64,000 bases of DNA, from NCBI GenBank assembly GCA_016187035.1, contig JACPKL010000012.1:8925-72924 (forward strand), in the 5' to 3' direction. Of this stretch, positions 60,390 through 64,000 are shown in pieces; the stretch's first letter is position 1, and every line of letters begins with the position of its first letter. Both the position numbers and the translations under genes were made by a program. The notes below the pieces were generated by a model. The model was not told where the DNA came from. It made no database searches and saw only the letters and a program-made list of their open reading frames with translations. This stretch comes from Candidatus Daviesbacteria bacterium (GTDB taxonomy: Bacteria; Patescibacteriota; Microgenomatia; Daviesbacterales; UBA10151).

Positions 60390-61140
60390 TCCTACCTCCG
60401 AGGTGGAAATATATTGACACGTAGGGTTTTATCTGCTTTAGTTAACTTATGCCTTATCGGATAACCCCCCTGGTAAATGGAGAGATTTATCATGTCTTTA
60501 ACCGGGGAGTTGCCAAGCTTCCTATTTTCAGGGATCGGCGAGATTATAACCGGTTCCTGGAAACAATCTATTACTATCAGTTCCAGGGTCCGAAACCTCA
60601 GTTCTCCCAATTAAAAAGATTTAAGGATTTTAATTTTGAGAAAAATAAAAGAATAGTTGAGTTAAATTGCTATTGTCTAATGCCTAACCATTATCACTTT
60701 CTGCTAAAACAACTGGAGGATAATGGTATATCAGAGTTTATGAACAAAACATCTAACAGCTACACTAAATATTTTAATACCAGGCATACTAGAGTTGGTC
60801 CGCTTCTACAAGGACAGTTTAAGGCTATCAGGATTGAATCTGAGGAACAGCTCATTCATGTTTCCAGATATATCCACTTAAACCCAATAGTTTCATTTCT
60901 AGTTAAAGATCTAAAAGAGCATGATTGGTCATCTTATAAAAAATATGTTGGTTTAGAAGAGAATAAACTTTGCAATATAGATTTAGTTTTATCAATTTTC
61001 AAAACACCACAAAAGTATGAACAATTTGTTTTAGATCAGGTTAGTTATGGCCAAAGTCTGGAGATGATTAAGCATGTTTTGATAGATGAAAAATAGTCAT
61101 AGACCCTAGGTGTAGCTTCACTCCCACCTCCGAGGTAGGA
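60390..61140 (+). mobile_element. RAYT unit: IS200/IS605-like Y1 transposase gene flanked by inverted REP-like palindromes
   Basis: Left flank 60390..60430 is tcctacctccgaggtggaaatatattgacacgtagggtttt. Right flank 61102..61140 is gaccctaggtgtagcttcactcccacctccgaggtagga, in inverted orientation. Confidence 0.8.
60449..61096 (+). CDS. REP-associated tyrosine transposase (RAYT; IS200-like HUH Y1 transposase)
   Basis: GEIYHVFNRGVAKLPIF, the HUH motif in CYCLMPNHYHFLLKQ, and the catalytic Tyr context SRYIHLNPI. Confidence 0.85.
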   Translation: MPYRITPLVNGEIYHVFNRGVAKLPIFRDRRDYNRFLETIYYYQFQGPKPQFSQLKRFKDFNFEKNKRIVELNCYCLMPNHYHFLLKQLEDNGISEFMNKTSNSYTKYFNTRHTRVGPLLQGQFKAIRIESEEQLIHVSRYIHLNPIVSFLVKDLKEHDWSSYKKYVGLEENKLCNIDLVLSIFKTPQKYEQFVLDQVSYGQSLEMIKHVLIDEK

Positions 61141-61143
61141 TAG

Positions 61144-61383
61144 TTATGGTCCAGGTACTTTATCACCTAAATACATAAAAGGCACATGAAGTGTGAATAT
61201 AGTTCTGTGTCCAAGCTTTAAATCTATGATTCTATCTCTTGGTTGACTTGCTATTGAACTATATCCAGTTCTAACATTTGCCCAATGACGTTGCCAAACC
61301 GCAGTATCATCCTCTATGTCAATAGTTGGTTGACTATTTTCAATTAAAGTACATAGACCATTTATTCTAGCTTCAATAGACAT
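61144..61383 (-). CDS. hypothetical small protein
   Basis: 79-aa ORF whose stop codon lies 3 nt from REP-R. Confidence 0.4.
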   Translation of the reverse strand: MSIEARINGLCTLIENSQPTIDIEDDTAVWQRHWANVRTGYSSIASQPRDRIIDLKLGHRTIFTLHVPFMYLGDKVPGP

Positions 61384-61393
61384 ATAAAATTAA

Positions 61394-62335
61394 TTACTGT
61401 TTCTTTACAGCATGCTGGCCGAATTGACCACGGAGGGCAGAAACTACTTTATTCCTAAAACCATTTGGAGAGTTTTCTTCAACGCTTGCTGAGTTTTCAC
61501 GGATTTTGATGGCATCCTCAATCACCGGTGTATCTATTCCTAATTCTTTTGCTACCCCGACTGTCCAGTCTGCCTCTCCCGGGATTCTTTGGGCTCCTGC
61601 CCCACCTGAACCAATTTTTGAAGAAGTATTGTCCAGATTTGGATCTTCTTTAAAAGCATTTTGGGCCCAGCCAACCAGTCTGGATTCAATTACTGATCTG
61701 TGGTTATATATATCCAACAGTTTGTCAAAATCATACTGAAAAGAAGAGTTTTTCAAAATAGCCAACCCTTCTCCAATTGCTTCCATCATTCCATACTCAA
61801 TCCCATTGTGTACCATCTTTGCAAAGTGGCCTGCTCCAATTGGACCTAAATGCTGGTAAGCTCCTTCTGCTGCTGCAGCTTTGGCAAGAGGTTCAATCCT
61901 TTGGAAATCTTCTTTTTCCCCTCCTATCATTAAACAAGCACCGCTTCTTGCTCCGCCAGGACCACCTGATACCCCAATATCCATAAAATGCACTCCTGTT
62001 GGTTTAATTTTTTCTGCTCTTTTCAAAGTATCTTTATAAAATGAGTTAGCTCCGTCAATTAATAAATCACCTTTATTTAGCAGCGGTAAGAGTGTATTGA
62101 TAAATTCATCAGTAGTTTGGCCGGCAGGCAGCATTAACCAGATAATCCTGGGAGATTCTAATTCAGATACTAAATTCTCTATACTTTTAGCGATTTTGAC
62201 TTTTGAATTTTGACTTTTGAGTTCCTCAGCTGGCTGAGGAGATCTGTTCCAGGCCACCACCTCTATCCCCTGCTCCAATAAATGAAGCACCATATTCTTC
62301 CCCATCCTGCCAAGACCTATATAACCTATCTGCAT
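61394..62335 (-). CDS. gnd: 6-phosphogluconate dehydrogenase, decarboxylating (short YqeC/Gnd-like form)
   Basis: Rossmann motif IGYIGLGRMGKNM, and FMDIGVSGG and HFAKMVHNGIEYG motifs. Confidence 0.85.
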   Translation of the reverse strand: MQIGYIGLGRMGKNMVLHLLEQGIEVVAWNRSPQPAEELKSQNSKVKIAKSIENLVSELESPRIIWLMLPAGQTTDEFINTLLPLLNKGDLLIDGANSFYKDTLKRAEKIKPTGVHFMDIGVSGGPGGARSGACLMIGGEKEDFQRIEPLAKAAAAEGAYQHLGPIGAGHFAKMVHNGIEYGMMEAIGEGLAILKNSSFQYDFDKLLDIYNHRSVIESRLVGWAQNAFKEDPNLDNTSSKIGSGGAGAQRIPGEADWTVGVAKELGIDTPVIEDAIKIRENSASVEENSPNGFRNKVVSALRGQFGQHAVKKQ

Positions 62336-62351
62336 ATGGTAAGATTATATC

Positions 62352-63140
62352 ATGTACCTTTTACTTGATATTGGCGGGACAAATACCAGGATTACCTTAT
62401 CCTCTGATGGTCAAACACTGACAGCCATTAAAACTTTTCCAACAGAAGAAGACTTTGAAACTCAAATTCAACTAATCAGCCGGATTGCCCATGAACTAAC
62501 TGGCGGCCAAAAAATAGAGGCAGCTGCAGCAGGAGTAGCAGGAATTTTGGATAAAGAAAAAAGCCTGCTTTTAAAAAGCCCTCATCTGGACAGCTGGACC
62601 TACCAGCCTTTAAAAGAAGAGTTGGAGCAGGTTTTAGATTGTGCTGTTTATCTGGAAAATGATGCTCATTTAGGCGGGCTTGGTGAATCTGTATATGGAG
62701 CAGGTAAAGGCTATCCTATTGTTGCTTATATTACCATTGGGACAGGAGTTGGCGGGGTGAAAATAGAAAATCAAAAAATTGATGGGTATTCCAAAGGTTT
62801 TGAGCCAGGCCACCAAATTATTATTCCAGAAGGCAATCCCTGTAATTGTGGAGGAAAAGGACATCTGGAAACTTATGTTGCCGGGTCATATTTAAAAGAA
62901 CCTATTGATTGGAATAAGGTAGCAAAATATTTAGCCATTGGTTTAAACAATACTATTGTCCACTGGTCACCTGATATTATAGTTTTAGGTGGATCAGTGA
63001 TGAAAAGCATTCCTTTAGACAGAGTTAAAGCTTATCTGAAAAAGTATCTAACTATTTTCTCAGACTGCCCCCAAATAACCTTAGCCACTCTGGGTGATGA
63101 GGGAGGATTATATGGTGGCTTGCAGTATCTAAAATCCTAA
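62352..63140 (+). CDS. ROK family glucokinase
   Basis: N-terminal LLLDIGGTNTR, the ROK zinc motif PCNCGGKGHLE and IGTGVGGV. Confidence 0.75.
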   Translation: MYLLLDIGGTNTRITLSSDGQTLTAIKTFPTEEDFETQIQLISRIAHELTGGQKIEAAAAGVAGILDKEKSLLLKSPHLDSWTYQPLKEELEQVLDCAVYLENDAHLGGLGESVYGAGKGYPIVAYITIGTGVGGVKIENQKIDGYSKGFEPGHQIIIPEGNPCNCGGKGHLETYVAGSYLKEPIDWNKVAKYLAIGLNNTIVHWSPDIIVLGGSVMKSIPLDRVKAYLKKYLTIFSDCPQITLATLGDEGGLYGGLQYLKS

Positions 63141-63183
63141 TCTTCCTTATCTAACTTCAGTCTAACCCCAAGCTGCCATTAAC

Positions 63184-63423
63184 TTACTTAGAAATCTTGT
63201 GGGCTACTGCCTTGGGGTATTCTACTCTTTCAATAGCAGTTATTGATTTAATCTCATTTTTAGGAAGTTTTTTGGAAACATCCAAAATTTCAATCCCTAT
63301 TAAGTCGTCACCATAATAATCCACAAACAAACCCTCACCTACTTCTTCCGTATGAGTGCTTTTTTTATCTTTTATAAAATAAATATAAGCAGCATCTGCT
63401 TTTGGATCATATGATATTTTCAT
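63184..63423 (-). CDS. DUF2283 domain protein (putative antitoxin-like)
   Basis: MKISYDPKADAAYIYF ... LIGIEILD. Confidence 0.65.
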   Translation of the reverse strand: MKISYDPKADAAYIYFIKDKKSTHTEEVGEGLFVDYYGDDLIGIEILDVSKKLPKNEIKSITAIERVEYPKAVAHKISK

Positions 63424-63433
63424 ATTAAACTCA

Positions 63434-63574
63434 TTAATCTTTTAGATAAATTTTCTTCTCTACTCTACTAGGGAAAACTTCATCTGGACTTTTAACTGTC
63501 TGGTCTGCTAACTTTTTGCTTATTCCACGAAGTGCCAACATTTCCTTGGCATGTTTGGTATATTTAATAGCCAC
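63434..63574 (-). CDS. short DUF4258-like ORF (GTG start, 46 aa; probably truncated toxin-like partner)
   Basis: The reverse complement reads VAIKYTKHAKEMLALRGISKKLADQTVKSPDEVFPSRVEKKIYLKD, which resembles the N-terminal half of DUF4258 proteins. Not in the track (under 60 aa). Confidence 0.3.
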   Translation of the reverse strand: MAIKYTKHAKEMLALRGISKKLADQTVKSPDEVFPSRVEKKIYLKD

Positions 63575-63738
63575 AAACCCATTTTAACAGATTTGTTAAG
63601 ATAACCCTGATTAATGTAAGAAGGGAATGTCCCTGTCCAAAGAACTGGCCACTCTCCAAAGAAGGCTGGCTGTTGCGCTCAATGTCATACAAGCTGACAC
63701 AAGCTGATAAGGTAATAATCTGGTAAAATATATACCCG

Positions 63739-63814
63739 GCCCCCGTAGTTTAACGGATAAAACGATTCGCTTCGGACGAATTGACTGAGGGTTCGATCCC
63801 TTCCGGGGGCGCCA
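63739..63814 (+). tRNA. tRNA-Arg (TCG)
   Basis: GCCCCCGTAGTTTAACGGATAAAACGATTCGCTTCGGACGAATTGACTGAGGGTTCGATCCCTTCCGGGGGCGCCA has the anticodon loop CTTCGGA and an encoded CCA. Confidence 0.9.
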
Positions 63815-63824
63815 TCTGCAATAA

Positions 63825-63864
63825 TTCCTGGGGTTTGAACGTATTCAACCCCTGGGGTTGGAAC
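63825..63864 (-). repeat. interspersed repeat family 3, inverted copy, 10 nt after tRNA-Arg
   Basis: ttcctggggtttgaacgtattcaacccctggggttggaac. Confidence 0.85.
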
Positions 63865-63912
63865 ACTGGAACGTAGTTTGCCTTTCAATTCCAGATTTGC
63901 TAGAATCGTTAA

Positions 63913-64000
63913 ATGATAGAGGCTGCAGACGTAAGGCCTGGGCTAGTACTTATAAAAAATCCTCAAGTTATGAAAGGATTTAGAGACGGAAGAAGATCTG
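63913..64000 (+). CDS. partial CDS running off the right edge
   Basis: ATG at 63913. MIEAADVRPGLVLIKNPQVMKGFRDGRRS stays open to the window end. No assignment. Confidence 0.25.
   Translation, partial: MIEAADVRPGLVLIKNPQVMKGFRDGRRS

Noticed and set aside
63685-63888. 67-aa minus-strand ORF.
   Set aside because: It is antisense to tRNA-Arg(TCG) and to a family-3 repeat.
1-64000. An alternative genetic code (UGA as Gly, as in some CPR lineages).
   Set aside because: TGA terminates several well-defined genes at the expected lengths (for example ppsA, gmk and the GIY-YIG gene), and conserved-domain ORFs contain no in-frame TGA. The standard code fits.
15054-64000. A second VR or additional DGR target elsewhere in the window.
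   Set aside because: I searched by eye for the invariant TR segments (ccaccgcgg, ggcgcagcgaaagcc) and found only the TR and the single VR. A remote target outside the window cannot be excluded.

Overview
This is an AT-rich bacterial chromosome segment read with the standard genetic code (TGA behaves as a stop throughout). The gene content includes GT-C/ArnT-like membrane glycosyltransferases, a minimal central carbon metabolism, many small orphan ORFs and dense small repeats. By inference only, that resembles a Candidate Phyla Radiation / Patescibacteria (Microgenomates-like) genome.

Housekeeping content:
- a lower-glycolysis block (gpmA-eno convergent with pyk-ppsA)
- a glucose-entry / oxidative pentose-phosphate block (cupin-type PGI, zwf, short gnd-like dehydrogenase, ROK glucokinase)
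- two MacB/FtsX-type ABC systems
- a histidine kinase / response regulator pair
- dinB, gmk, a Fic protein and an RRM RNA-binding protein
- two sigma-70-family genes
- three NYN-domain genes
- six tRNAs (Pro-TGG, Leu-TAA, Arg-TCT, Gly-TCC, His-GTG, Arg-TCG)

No rRNA, CRISPR array or integrase was seen.

Main findings:
1. A complete diversity-generating retroelement (DGR): avd 21870..22244, TR 21699..21818 and RT 20389..21450. The 120-nt template differs from a variable repeat (VR, 18473..18592) at 10 positions, all of them template adenines. The VR lies inside a 1546-aa TM-anchored surface protein with an FGE-sulfatase/C-type-lectin fold and FN3 repeats.
2. An IS200/RAYT-type HUH tyrosine transposase (60449..61096) bracketed by inverted REP-like palindromes. 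At least four more copies are dispersed in the window. Two of them are translated in frame, one inside dinB and one as the C-terminal tail of a UDP-xylose-synthase-like gene.
3. A MITE-like family of nested GTCATTCC/GGAATGAC palindromes. It is inserted in frame twice in an ABC ATPase and in the N-terminus of its permease, and inverted copies bracket a GIY-YIG nuclease gene.
4. A third repeat family (AACCCCAGGGGTTGAATAGCTTTGAACCCCAGG) that gives identical SNPRG-stop tails to ppsA and gmk and brackets a macAB-like cassette.
5. A visibly G+C-richer five-gene operon (38544..43655). It encodes a ketosynthase, a methyltransferase, a reductase-dehydratase fusion and a FabG-like reductase, but no ACP or acyltransferase.

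Smaller items are a tRNA-proximal decay zone (DUF763 pseudogene and a truncated PLD-SNF2 gene overlapping tRNA-Gly), candidate small RNAs and operators, and an H-to-S change in the gpmA HGNS motif.

All functional calls come from motifs recognised by eye in the supplied translations. No database search was run.
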